From Eledone cirrhosa (taxonomy: Eukaryota), in assembly GCA_964016885.1 (NCBI GenBank), contig OZ024740.1, positions 238,638,001-238,702,000 of the forward strand: a stretch of DNA of 64,000 nucleotides. The letters run 5' to 3'. The position numbers and the translations under genes were made by a program. The notes below the pieces were generated by a model. It worked only from the letters and a program-made list of their open reading frames with translations, did no database searches and had not been told where the DNA came from. Below, piece after piece: positions 12,969 through 26,190 of this stretch. The first letter of the stretch is position 1, and every line of letters starts with the position of its first letter.

Positions 12969-13131
12969 CAGACACATGCGGCTCTTTACAAGCACACCTG
13001 CGGCCCGCACAAAGGTTTTTACAGCGCGAGCGTAATATAAAATTTAAAAAAATATTAGTTGTAATGTGCGCAATTAGTTGTCATATGTGGCCCTCAGACA
13101 ACACATAGGGACCCTCAGTTTGACATGTCTG
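12969..13131. mobile_element. hAT (Charlie-like) MITE
   Basis: Ends cagac... / ...tttgacatgtctg. Perfect 8-bp TSD tcgtacag (12961-12968, 13132-13139). Confidence 0.75.
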
Positions 13132-13864
13132 TCGTACAGCATATAGACCAGTACAAATATAGTTGTAGTCAAGTAACGGTCAGAGGTGGCTTAGAAAAGT
13201 GTGCAATTCACTCATCCCGTATGATGTGTACAGTTAAACATTATGATTATATGAACCCATTTTTAAGATTCATCAAACCTCGAGAGTAATAGCCTTGCTA
13301 TAGGCCTGAGTATCACATTCAACCTTAGTGGGATCAGAACTGTCATCAGCAGCACCCTAACAAATAATAGAATAACGATTTTCGTTTTAGAACAGCTGTA
13401 GCAGCTGGACACACAAGGAGGCGTGTAGAAGTCAACTAACACATAGGCAGTCAGTTCACAATAATCTTATGAAATAATAATAACAGTAGCTAGATTTAGG
13501 ATTAATACACAACACAGGTCTAAATAGGCTACCGAGCAACAGTTGTTTATAGCCCTTGGTAATCTCTGATTAAAAGCATTATAACTGTGACTACCATCTT
13601 AAAAAATACATATAGGTATAGTGTATATAGGACTTTTGCCTTTCATCCTTACGGGGGTCGATAAAATAAAGTACCAGTAATGAACTGGGTGTTTGTTGGC
13701 CTTGTGCCTAAAGTAGAAACAATTATCTAATGTGTACATGCTTTTTTTTAAGATGGTAGGTGTATGATATGAGGGATATATCGTTGCTATTTCTAGCATT
13801 TTGAATGATATAATGGCTTGCAAAGAAAAACAGTTGAAAAGAGATGTAGTTGGGGCTAACAATT

Positions 13865-14085
13865 ACTATTATTGGTTTCTGATTTAAGTACAAGGCCAAC
13901 AATTTGGGGGGAGGGAAAGTCGACTAAATCGATACCAGTACATTACTAGTACTTTATTTTATCGTCTCCGTAAGGATGAAAGGCAAAGCTAACCTCGGCG
14001 GGATTTGAACTCAGATCGTAAAGGGCCATTACTCTATGTCATAAAGCATGTTGTCGACGCTCCATCAATATTGCCAATCCACTAA
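13865..14085 (-). mobile_element. SINE family A (long variant)
   Basis: Reverse complement of the family A head, central domain and tail. Confidence 0.85.
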
Positions 14086-16839
14086 ATATTGGTTATAATT
14101 TACTTAATATATTAGACGTTGACTTCCGGCGACACGGCAGATCAGTTTTACAGAAAGAGAGTAGAGTAGAAATAACTGAACCAACACCAGTAGATTACTG
14201 ATATCTATTTTATATATTACGTATGTATGCGGCGTGAGTGAACTGAATAATGCACTATTGTGTACTATTAGTGTTGTCCTGATAGATCCGTCTCCGAGGA
14301 ATCTGTCTGTGTGTCAAGGAGCTGGAGGGAGAGAAATCTCAGCAGGTTTCTGAATTTGCTGATTAATGGTAGTAAAAAGTGAAGGAGATAATTATTGGAC
14401 TTGTGACGTAGTACAGAATAAATTGCCGTAGTTCGGTGTTTGGGAAACAGGAAATTGTAGAGATGAAGAGAAACACACAAATATATATATGTTTGCGTTT
14501 CTAATATATGTGAGTGTGTGTGAATATTTGAAAATGTAAGTGCCCCAAACGCAGAAAATAACTGTAACAACAGCCGATTAGAAAATATTAAGTAGAGAAA
14601 AGTGGAAAAATTACCATTAGTTGGAAACAGTAAATATTGGACAGAGGTACCTAGAGAGAACAAGAGAGATTTGATGCACTTACATAAACAATTACAGAAA
14701 GAGTAGGTCTGTCCCCTTCAGGGCTGTCTTGGGGTTAAACAACGTTGCAGAAAGTGAGAGAGAAAGAGGGGGAGACTTATATAGACATGTGTATACATAG
14801 AGAACCAGGAAAGAGAAACTGAGTAAGGATTCACGCAGACTCAGCTTTAACTAAATAATATATACACACAGACATAGAGAGACGGGTGTGTGAAGGAACA
14901 CGTAACAGGTTATCGGTGATGTGTCTGACAGTAAGTTGCTGTCAAATCGGTGTATGAAGAAGTTGTCAAATACAATAAAAACCAAACAGAGATTATTAGA
15001 GAGTAATTATACTTAACAGACTTGATTTAATACATAAATAGAGAATAGTAGATATTAATGTGGTAAGAAAGAGAGATAGATCATTGTTGTAAATGGGACG
15101 TAGCAGCCGATAGAACCCGGTGTAAATTGTGTAGAGAACAACTTAAAGGGGGTGTAGCTGGGGCATATATAGATCAAATAAATAGTCGAAATGTTTGGAA
15201 ATAGTTGCATGAACATTAGAATAGTGTTTAGTATTTACCGTTTCAGCACTGGAAGGTTGATTACCACCCTGTGGAGTTCCTAGTACCTTTCTAAAGTAAT
15301 TCATGTTGATAGTAGCGAGAGACTCGCATACAACGCATGCGCTAACAACGTGGCATATCCCAGCATACAATTCACTCGCATGTCACGTAGTCAGATGGCA
15401 AGAGTTGTCTCTGCTTGCCATCTCGCTTCCGCATCTCTCTCTCTCTCTCTCACACACTCTCTTACCCCTCAGTATGCTGTCTATTGTTTTTGTTTAGCCC
15501 AGTCAGCCCTGATCCAGCTGATCTGTGATATAAGGTGTTTAAGTCGTGATTATTCCATCTGTAATTCAAACATTGCATCTAGAACTATATTACATTGAGC
15601 TTTGAATAAGCATCAGTCCTATGATCAAATGCATTCGACTGTCACCATTCCCGTCTGTTTATCTAGGGTGTTTGTTTGGTTTGGTTTTTTAAAGACAGTT
15701 AGAGTAATTTGAAAGATTTGGCTGCTATTTCTAGCAAGTCGACCGATCACATATAAGCTCTATCGAGTGATCAATCCCTTATAGAGGCTCCTTCGTTGGT
15801 CCTTTGCTTTATTTAGTCTCCAGATGGAAATAGCAAACTATATAATCTTAAATTCGTTATTGTATTAATCACAATATTGATTGTTTGTGCGGCTGCACAC
15901 GCACGTATTTAAACACATACTCTATATATTGAAACAGTATTCATTTTTCTGGATAATTTATTGGTTGCTTTTGATCAGGGGTACTCAGCGTATGCTACGT
16001 GTACCATCAACGGTCCCCAGGAAAATGTCAACGATGCACAGCGAATTTTATGTCCTGTGTTGCATAATGCAATTAAAAGTAAACTTATATTTGGGGGTAC
16101 ATAAAATTTCCCTCATGAATTTTGTGGACTGTCTTCTGAAAAAGGTTGTGTGATACTGGTTTAGATGAATTTTTTTTATACAAGACTGGGTGGCAGTGTG
16201 TTGTGGAATGTAATATGAGGGAAATATGGCTGCTATTTCTAGCAGATCAAGTGACCACGTAGAAGCTCTCGTCGCCGTGTGGATTCTGGAGATGGCCACA
16301 ACATTGGCAGTTGAGGTAGGCTCTATCAGAATATGATATATGCTCTTCCACTGCACTTATTGGTGGTAAAATCCCGACCCAGTATCATCTATTTATCAGT
16401 GTTGCATCTATTTATCAGTGCATAAGTTTTTATGATAGTTTTGTATTAATGTTATGGTGAGAGCAATGGATTGGCAGAATCTTTTGAGCTTTTACTTATG
16501 GCTTTTTACTATCTGAGTTCAAATCTAGTTGAAGTCAACATTGCCCTTCATCCTTCTGGGGCTGATGAAATAAAGTACCTGTCAAGTACTGGGGTCAATT
16601 TAATTGATTTACCCCTTCCTACAAGTTGTTAGCTTTGTGCCTAAATTTCTTAACATAGAAATTATATACCCTATATAAGCTGACTCCACTATTTTATGTC
16701 TGAGAAATGGGCAAAATTCCAAATCTTATTAATGTAGAAATTGAAGTTGGTGAAAATCGTCAAATATTGCCCCCCAAATATAAGCCAACACCTTCTATTG
16801 GATAGATTTGGGGCAGACTATCTTTTTCCCATTTATTCT

Positions 16840-18058
16840 CCTCATTTAGTAGTCTCTTGTAGTGACACTACCTTCTTATCAGTATCAGGGAGGGCAAGTA
16901 CACCATCATCGTTATGAACACACTTCTCCCCGACAATATCATGGTTTTCCTTGACACATTGTCTTGCAATCCTGAACACCTCACGTTTTGGGTCCTCGCG
17001 TTGTATAACATGCTTGAACTTTCTTTCCTCTGCTTCCCTTCTTGCAAAGTACACTTGTCTCCTAGTTTCTCTCCTGGCCACCTGATAGTGTTCTCTACTT
17101 CCCCCATCCCGCCATACTTTCCAAGCCTGCTTTTTGGCCTTGATTGTCTCCTCCACCTTACTGTTCCACCACCAAGTTACTCTCCTCCTGCTTATAGGTC
17201 TGCTCCAGCCACAGATTTCATCTGTTGCCTTCAGCAGGTTAACTTTCAAGAATTCCCACTGTTCCTCTATATTGTACATCTCTAATTGCTCTTCCTTACT
17301 GTCAAAAGCATCAAGAATATACTTTTAAATTTGTTACTGGCTGTTGGATCCTTCAACTTCCATATTCTTCTCCTCAGGGTAGTCCTCCTCTGTTGTAGAG
17401 TACGTCTAATCCTGACTATGAAGCTATGTTGGGAGGTGCATTCTTCATGTGGGAGGGATTTAGTGTTTACAACAGACACTTTGTCACGTCTTCTAGTCAG
17501 GATATAATCTATCTGACTGGCGTGTTCCCCTGATCTATAGGTGATCAAGTGATTGTCTCGTTTTTTGAAGTTAGTGTTACAGATAGTTAGGTTATTAGTG
17601 TCACAGAATTCCAGAATTCTGAAGCCTTCCTCATTTCTAGTACCAAATCCATAACCTCCATGGATTCCACCATAGCCATCACAATGTTGTCCAACATGAC
17701 CATTTAGGTCGCCAGCAATAATTATGTAGTCACTGTTGGTTATTTGGGAGGTAGTGAGCATTAGCAACTCATAGAATCTGTCTTTTATAACGTCAGGTAG
17801 GCCAGATTGGGGTGCATAAGCGGATATTATTGTCACAGTAATTCTATTTAGGACTAGTCTTATTTTAATTATTCCGTCGTTCACTCCATTTACGTCAATT
17901 ACCTTATCTATCCATTTTTCTGCTAACATAATTCCTACTCCGCCCAGCCCATTGTCATTTCCCACCCAGAAAAGTTTATAGCATCGTTTTTTACCCACAA
18001 TGAATCTAGTAGACCCACCCCTCCACCTAGTCTCTTGAACACAACAGACATCAACTTC
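16840..18058 (-). mobile_element. RTE LINE, AP-endonuclease region, truncated by the adjacent CR1
   Basis: VCCVQETRW, ISAYAPQ, AGDLNGHVG and SQIDYILTR are APE motifs, followed by ...TWWWNSKVEE. Confidence 0.92.
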
Positions 18059-18060
18059 CT

Positions 18061-19590
18061 TAATGAAATTATTGTGTACAGTGCTCAGGTGCACTACAAC
18101 TCATCAAAGGTGCATGTATAGTACATAGAATAATATACAAATGTCAGGGAAGCGAATAGTGTATGAGTCATGATATACATGTGTGCGTGTGTATGGAGGG
18201 GGAATATTAGGTGTAGTGTTGGCGAATCTCAGGAAGCATGGAGGTTTGAAAGGATACAGTCAGTGTCTGGACAGCTAACAACTGATGCAGGTAGTTTGTT
18301 CCATGCTTCAACAACTCTGAGCCTGAAAACATGTTTCCGAAAGTCATGGGAGCTGTGCTGTTTTCTGACTTTGTTGGCATACCCACGTGTGTTAGACATA
18401 TGGAAATCAAAAAGGTACTCAAGGTTGTTGTTGGCAAAATGGTTAATAATTTTGTGGGTGTTTACGAAGTCAGTTGCCAGACGTTGGAGCTTCAATGTAT
18501 CCATCCCCAGGGAAGCAAGGCGTTCAGAGTATGGTAGATGCCTGATGGAGGGTATTTGCTTGGTTGCACGTCTCTGAACAGTTTCCAGGCGGTCAATGTT
18601 CTGAGCAAGATAGGGCTTCCAGACTGGTGATGCAAATTCTAAGTGTGGCCGCACCATTGCTATATACAGCTTTAAATAGATAGCTGGAGAGCAGCTGACA
18701 AAGGTCTTGCTGGGTGATGCTAAGACACCTTCGGCCTTCTTGACAATTTTAGAGACGTGCTTCGTCCAACGTAAATCGCTGCTGACAGTAATGCCCAGGT
18801 CACGTTCGCAAGAAGACTTCTTGATATTAGTGTTGTGGGGGGAATATGTGGATGCCAGGTTTTTACTCCCAAAATGCATGGTGGTACACTTGCCCACAGC
18901 CAGATTGAGTTGCCAGTCCGTAATCTATTGTTGCATTGTGTCCAGGTCAGATTGCAGGCAAGATATATAGTGTTGAGGATCTGTCCTTTTTATCTCAATG
19001 TACAGCTTGATGTCATCTGCATATTTCAGTACTGTGGCATACTTTAAGTTGGCAACTATGTCATTAATATATGCCACAAACAAAAGGGAGCCAAGAACAG
19101 ATCTCTTTGGCTGAGAATGAAGGACTTCAACCAGTTAAAAAGATCATCTTTCACACCCATTGCAGAGAGTTTTGCCATAAGTCTTTTGTGTGGCACAGAA
19201 TTGAAAGCTTTAGCAAGGTCAAGGTAAACAACATCCACCCATGAGCCGCCATCAGTGATCCGGGTAATATCTTCAAGAAACTTGATAAGTTGATCACAGC
19301 AGCTGGAGTTAGGGATAAATCCAAATTGTGAGGGCCGGATAAGACTGTGAGTGTTCCAGAAGTTCCAAAGTGTTTCTCTGACTGGATTCCATCAGTTTGG
19401 CAATGCAGCTAGTAAGACTGACTGGATGATAGTTCACAGGTGATGTGCGGTCACCGTTTTTGAACAAAGGAATGACAATGGCAGTTTTCCACTGTTCTGG
19501 AGTAGCACCGTTGTTCAGACAGAATTGGAAGAAGTGTAATAGCTGGTGCAGAAGGAAGTACCCACCACGTTTGAGAAGCAGGTATGTGTC
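18061..19590 (-). mobile_element. CR1-clade LINE 3' part (RT)
   Basis: DVVYLDLAKAFNSVPH, KYADDIK, VRPHLEFASPVW and RVVEAWNKLP motifs. 3' end gagttgtagtgcacctgagcactgtacacaataatttcatta. Confidence 0.92.
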
Positions 19591-19710
19591 ACAGACTAGC
19601 ACATTTTTTATCGACCTGAAATAGATGAAAGGTAAAGTTGATCACAGCAAGATTTGAACTCAGAGCAGAGAGCCACAAAGCATTCTATCCCATGCTTTAA
19701 TCACTCTGCC

Positions 19711-20096
19711 AATTTGCTCCTGGTATTTTGACTCCGGTAATTTGACCCCTGGTATTTTGACTGCCAGTCAATTTCACTCCTGGCATTAGAAAAAAAATAA
19801 AACGTTGAAATTCATCATTATTATTATTATTTATTATCAGTTCAAAACATAAAACCAATACAGTATTTGTAATATAAACAAGTAACTATACGAAAAGGGA
19901 AACAAATATTTCTCTGTAAATAAACAACCGAATGGATGACTGAAATGATACTTTCATCTAACTGAATTACTCTGTAACGTTTTATTTTTTTCTAATATTG
20001 GGAGTGAAATTGACTGGCAGTCAAAATACCGGGGGCCAAATTTCTGGAGTCAAAATACCGGGAGTTAAATTACCAGGAGTCAAAATACCTAGAACC
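19711..20096. mobile_element. Fold-back MITE with modular subterminal repeats
   Basis: Arms of about 95 bp built from 15-bp units (ggagtcaaaatacc / ggtattttgactcc) plus ttagaaaaaaaataaaacgtt. The right end is cctagaacc; the left end overlaps a SINE remnant. Confidence 0.75.
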
Positions 20097-20689
20097 GATT
20101 CAACAAAACCTAATCTACTAATGTTAATAAATAATAATGGGTTACTCTTAATCTTTTGTTGTTGTTCTTCACATCTGCAGCAGTGACCTGAATGGATGGG
20201 CAGCATAGATTTGGCTGTGGTGATTGCTGACTGACATGCACGCGGGTGCATGTATGTATGTGTGACATGTATGTATGACATGTATGTGTGACATGTATGT
20301 ATGTAGACATGCATGAGCACGGGTGTGCGCATGCCTGGGTTGATGTATTTGTCTGAGCATGTCTGCGTGGGGGTATGGATGACTATCTATGGATTTTTTC
20401 TTTTCTCATCTGTCTATATATGTGCGGCGTCTTGGCTATGCACACTTCCCTGAGTCCAGTGTGTGAGTGTAGAATTGGGTGTATTTGTTGAAAACACCTT
20501 TGATATAGCCTTTCTGTTTGAAAGGCTGTCGCAAGCTTTCATTTAAAAACGTTCTTAATTCTTTTTGAAATATGTATGGTGGAGGGTATTCTAGGGCTGT
20601 TTCCTAGAAATGTTATACTAAATATCCCTATGATTTTTTTTTTAAATTCCCTCCAAACAATATCTACAATGACTGCCGCATACAGCATA

Positions 20690-21135
20690 ATTGCGGATGT
20701 GTACTTGACCGGTGTGGAACAGGGTGCCTAGGGACAATGAGGACGTCAAAGTGATGCCAGCCGTTCAATATTACAGCCCCTCTCCCACCACAGTAGTAAT
20801 TCTGATATATGAAGAAATTTTGATTGACAGGTGGAGAGGGAGAAGAACCAAACAGTGGGCAACCACGAGTGGCTAGAAATACCGGTGATGTGTACAATTC
20901 TTGACCACTCATGGTATGACAACAACAGGATCTAAATCAACAAACGAAGGAATTCGATGATAAAGGACAATAGGAAAATCTGCTTCGTAGAATCGAGACG
21001 TATCCAAAGACCACGCGATTTCAGAGTCAGGTTTGATCACCACACAGATCGTGCCTCGAGCTGGTCGCCCGAGAAACAATTGTAATATGTCTAATAAGTT
21101 CCTTTCGTTGCAACACTGATTCTCTTTTTACTGTG
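20690..21135 (+). mobile_element. Possible decayed Penelope-like element 3' fragment
   Basis: Frameshifted GIY-YIG-like words (YSI..CGC, CLGTMR, VGNHEWLE, ILDH), then an HHR-like 3' half GAAACAATTGTA at 21073-21084, then a (TA)n tract. Confidence 0.35.
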
Positions 21136-21162
21136 ATATATATATATATATATATATATACA

Positions 21163-21392
21163 TAACTAACAATTATATATATATATAGGAAAAGAGTCAG
21201 AACCCCGACGGCTGAACTCCGGCCGTTTCGACAGCTAGATTGAAACGGCCAGAGCTCAGCCGTCGGGTCCTGACTCTTTTCCTATTACACACTCTACTAC
21301 CCTAAGTATCGAGTTCTCTGGTGCGTTATGGTCCACCCGGTTTCTTACCACACTTTCTTTGTTTATATATATATATATATAATTGTTAGTTA
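21163..21392. repeat. Nested inverted duplication within (TA)n
   Basis: Inner hairpin 21185-21231 / 21240-21285. Outer 25-bp inverted repeat 21163-21187 / 21368-21392. Confidence 0.85.
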
Positions 21393-21729
21393 AGAATGTT
21401 TATATTATTCGAGTTATTTTATTGGAAATAGATAAAACACCAATTTCTAGAGTTATCCTTCTTGTAATGGTACATTAAGTTCCTATTACCGAAGATATTG
21501 TCTTTGGATTACCTTATGCCATGTTCTGAGTAATAATATCAATTAATTCCAGCTGACTTTAGTCAGTTCATATCGCATTTCATGCTATACATAAAAAAAA
21601 AAAATGACGAGTTGCTTCCCCTTATGCGTTTGAATCAATTATTTACAGCTTAGAAAGAATACAAGAAAAATATTTTTTTACAACACATAAATGTTACGAA
21701 TTGCTAGCTAAAATAACACAGCGGGATGA

Positions 21730-22030
21730 GGAATGCACGAATGAGGAATGATTGAGTCTACCCACCAGAAGTAAACAGGGGAATCAACTCTTCTTTATTT
21801 ATAAAGTTATATAGCTTGTATATAGCATTCTGAAATATGTGGTTAAAATTGTGTTCATCATCATTGCAACAACAGTCGAACATTCCCGACAAAGTCTCTC
21901 CACAATTCACGATTTTCCATTGCTCCTTACTGAGGCTTGTATCGTCTGGGAGTTGATCGATAAATATTCGAGCAGGTCTTCTTCTACTAGTGAGACAGGG
22001 AAAAGGGATACCAACTGGTCTGAGCATAGT
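21730..22030 (-). mobile_element. RTE-like LINE 3' end fragment
   Basis: RRRPARIFIDQL..DT C-terminal motif typical of RTE ORF ends, with a short repeated tail. Confidence 0.5.
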
Positions 22031-22059
22031 GTACCCCCAATAGCTGGCAATGAAAAAGC

Positions 22060-23240
22060 TGTGGGAAACTAAACAAGATTAACCTGCCATCCCCTATATA
22101 TCATCATAAGCTGAAATCCCGATACAAATCATTGTCCTTAAATGCTCGTAGTTTATGCAACAAGATCCATCTTTTGGATTCTTACATCAAGAGTATTGAC
22201 CCCGATTTCATTACACTCACGGAAACATGGGCGCCAGGAAAGAATGTTATGATGCTGAACAGGAATACAGACTAAATAGATCAGTAGATCATCTAACCAT
22301 TTTAAGCAGTTGGCAAAAAGGGCAGTGTTTGAATCTGAACAACGTACAGCAACTAACCCTGACAGCAAAGTATTCTGAAAATATGTATGTCCAAAGCAGA
22401 GACCTCACTCTCCAATTGGGCTCTTTGCAATCCCCACACAGGACAGATTACTGATGATCTCAAAGAATACACAACCTATTGCTAAATGCTATGCAGGAAA
22501 TTTTACTGTTGAAAATGTACCATCTCCACCACTTCTGACATCAAATTCTATAGCGACTATGGAATTTACACCTGCAATGCTTTTCCTAGTCTTGATGGTG
22601 TTATGTACCTGCTTCTCAAATGTGGTGGGAACTTTCTTCAGCGCCAACTTTCACTCTTCTTTCAATTCTGCCTTAACAACAGTGTTACCCCAGAGCAGTG
22701 GAAAATTGCTAATCTCATTCCTCTGTTCAAAAAAGGTGATTGCACATCACCTGTCAACTATCATCCAGTCAGTCTTACTAGTTGCATCACCAAATTGATG
22801 GAGTCCTGTGTCAGAGAAAACTCTGGAACTTCTGGAACTCTCACAGCCTTATCCAGCCCTCACAATTTGGATTTATCCCTGACTTCAGCTGCTGTGATCA
22901 ACTCATCGAGTTTCTTCAAGATATTACCCGAATCACTGATGGCGGCTCATGGGTGGATATTATTTATCTTGACTTTGCTAAAGCTTTTAATTTTGTGCCA
23001 CACAAAAGGCTTATGGCAAAACTCTCTGCAATGGGTGTGAGAGATGATCTTTATAACTGGTTGAAGTCCTTTATTCTCAGCCGAAAATAGGTAGTCACGG
23101 TTCTAGGACAGCATTTTTCACCCTATGTGATGGAATCTGGTATATCACAGGGATCTGTTCTTGGTCCCTTTTTGTTTATTGCATATATTAATGACAAATA
23201 TGCCAACTTAAAGAATGCCACAGTGCTAAAACACACACTC
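22060..23240 (+). mobile_element. CR1 LINE internal fragment
   Basis: PEQWKIANLIPLFKKGD..NYHPVSLTS, DIIYLDFAKAFN and SGISQGSVLGPFLFIAYIND. Confidence 0.9.
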
Positions 23241-23459
23241 CACATGATCCATAACTGTATGATGGAATGTGCAGCATGGTCTTTGGGTTGGCAGAGGCAT
23301 ACCTGTATGCCACAGCACTGCTTGTTCACAACTTATCTGAAACTACACAACAATCTCTGTCTATTTATTCCAGGAAGTTATTTAATACTTATACTTTGGG
23401 AAGATGAAAAATAAAGTCAATTACATTAATATATGATCTTATTGTGGACAGATTAAAAA

Positions 23460-24080
23460 TCTTTCTCCTTCACCCACATATTCCTGAGAGGGTTGTGGGG
23501 GTAGAGTCCTCAAACACTTCTTCCCGAGGGTCCTGTCCAAAGCAACCAATTCCAACTGATCTGGCTAGATCCCCAAGTGAGACCAACCAAGCTCATGGAT
23601 GTTATCCAAACATCTTGCTCTGTCCAGCGATTCTTTCCCGAGACATTCTAACCACACACCCATAGTATCAGTGCTGTGATCTCTCAATTTGGGGAACTAG
23701 ATCTACCTGCAGTGACTCTCTGATCTCCGAGCTACGCACTCTATCGAGTAATGTTACCCCAAAGACCCTTCGGAGGGACCCCATTTTGGCCACTTGTATT
23801 TGTGATTGTATTCTTTCGGTCATTACCCAAGATTCATGACCATAGGTAAGGTTTGGCATGAATACCGAATTGAAGATAGCAAGTCTGGTTTTTACACCCA
23901 TCCCCTTCTAATTACTGAATGCTGAAGCTGGTGCATCACTGCACCAGGTCCTGCAATTCTTGTACTTAATTCAGCCTCCTGCATACCATCACTTGTGCTC
24001 ACAGTCCCAAGATACTCGAACTTTTCCACCTGCTTCAGTGGAATTCCATTCACATGTAGAGTGCACTGCACAGGGTTCTC
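23460..24080 (-). mobile_element. RTE (Rex3/Expander-like) 3' fragment
   Basis: LAIFNSVFMPNLTYGHESWVMTERIQSQIQVAKMGSLRRVFGVTLLDRVRSSEIRESLQV. Confidence 0.85.
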
Positions 24081-25432
24081 AATAAACTTCCATCAATATT
24101 ATAGTTTTCTAAACAACCGTGGAAACTATTTGACTAACACTCTCGGCAAGTATGGGAGATAACTCTGAACATGTTTCGAGAATAAATTACTCAGAAACGC
24201 CATCTACATGAATATTGTATTTTTTCCTCATTGTATAATTCTTTTTAGTTAGCTCTCGGATGCGCTCTGTATTAGATATATTAATACTAACTAAACTATT
24301 GTTTTTCATGTAGATGGCGTTTCTGAGTAACCAATTGGTTAGTATTATTTTAAATGAAACATTTGTCTTTGTCATCAATAATCAACTTATTAGATTAACT
24401 ATAGTTATCAACAATAAATTGTCACATATTTAGCAGCTTACAACAATTCAAAACATTTGCCAATCATATTAATCTTTACTAATAAAATAAATACAGCCAA
24501 ACAAACAAAAACAATAGAAGCTTTATTTATTCAAGTTTATTAAAAAGAAAAAAAACAAACCCACATTAAAATCCTATTTAGAAGTGAATAGATCAATCAA
24601 ACAGATTGACAAGGAAATGTCACATTAGGGAGTGGAAAAAAGAGTGAAAGAAAGGAAGGACGTGGATTTTTACCTATAGGGTAAATTATCTGATGTGTAA
24701 ATGGATATCTATAAACAGAAGAGATTGGACATCTCGCAGCAAATCTTGAGTAACTGGTAGGCTTTTCTACATAAGCCCAACCAAATTAGATCTGAGTTAT
24801 AATCCTGGTCATAATGAAATATTCTATAACATTAACAATATATTACAAGACTAATATTATCGATTTTATGAGAATTTGTCTGTTTTGAAACTTTGAAATA
24901 AAATAATTTTCTATGTGGCTCAAACATAGAATATATATATAACTCTCCCTCCAAAAAGTATATAATTTAAAGTAAAGTCTTTAACTACACCGATGAACAC
25001 AATGAAATCTGTTCAACAATGCCTACTAGCTATCTACTTCACATGTTTCATATCAAAACTTTGTAGCCACCATGGAAGATCACAGTAATAGTTCTTTCTA
25101 ACATTGACACAAGGCCAGCGATTTGGGGGAAGGGGAAAGTTGATTATATAGACCCAAGTACTTAACTAGTTCTTTATTTAATCAACCTTGGAAGGATGAA
25201 AACCAAAGTTGACTGCAGTGGGATTTGAACTCAGAATGTAAAGAGTTGGAACAAATACTACTATACATATCCAACACTCAAACGGCGCTGTCAGTCCACT
25301 GCCCTGGAATTCACAGTAATAATAGAAAGTAAAGCAGATATAACAAAATGAGATTTTGAATTAAAATAACATCTTGCTTAATCAAATGTTCTCAAGCTGA
25401 AATACCTCTGTTATAGTAAAGTACATATGGTA

Positions 25433-25614
25433 TGAGGGTAGGCTGAACAGTTCATAGGCTGACAATGAAGGAGTGATGCTAATGCTGTGAAATATTGTAT
25501 GCATTAATTTCAACTCTTTTTATTAATAACTGCATTGTTTCCTTCTAGGAACTATGTTGAAAAATAAACCTCATATGGTCATTCCATGAGAGTATCCTCT
25601 TCAGCCAACCCTTA
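25433..25614. mobile_element. Mariner-type MITE
   Basis: TA|tgagggtaggctgaa ... ttcagccaaccctta|TA: 15-bp TIR with TA TSD. Confidence 0.7.
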
Positions 25615-25984
25615 TACAAATGGTGTTTAAAGAGAAGATTGATGTAAGGATTTATATCAATAAAACAAAATCATTTTTCAAAGGTGATGCCAAGTTATTA
25701 GATTCTATTATTTCTAAAACATGGTTGTTGAGTAGCTACAAGAATCATGGATACTATTAAAATAATTAAAGTATTTGTAGTATCATTGATTTATTCAATT
25801 GTTTATGATATCTAAAAATCTGTAGCTAATAAACCTCTGATAAACAATTACATTGAATGGAAATCTGTCTATTATTTATGGCAGAAGTGTGGAATATGAT
25901 TAATTAAGTAATACCATTAACCAATGTTATTTGAACAATGTTGTAATTTAATGCTTTTGAAGTATTACAATTAGATAATAACAA

Positions 25985-26190
25985 CGATTTCTAGTATAGG
26001 CACAAAGCCAGTAATTTGCAGGGAGGGGAAAGTCGATTAAATTGACCCAGTACGTTACTGGTGCTTTATTTTATTGACCCCGTAAGGATAAAAGGCAAAG
26101 TTAACCTTGGCGGGATTTGAACTCAGACCGTAACTCTATGCTGCAAAGCACGGTGTCTGACTCTCTACTGATACTGCCAATCCACCGCCC
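25985..26190 (-). mobile_element. SINE family A
   Basis: Full head to tail, flanked by aattagataata direct repeats. Another copy lies at about 25085-25305. Confidence 0.85.

Noticed and set aside
14268-14663. 131-aa minus-strand ORF
   Set aside because: Low-complexity Phe/Leu/Ser composition from a pyrimidine-rich strand, no true ATG start and no domain.
7009-18058. Idea that the two minus-strand RTE pieces (RT and APE) are one element split by 8 kb of insertions
   Set aside because: The intervening DNA includes unique, promoter-like sequence and no continuity or TSD is visible, so separate copies are more likely.
19711-20096. Regularly spaced 15-bp repeats reminiscent of a CRISPR or iteron array
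   Set aside because: No unique spacers, the repeats form inverted arms of a MITE, and the context is eukaryotic.
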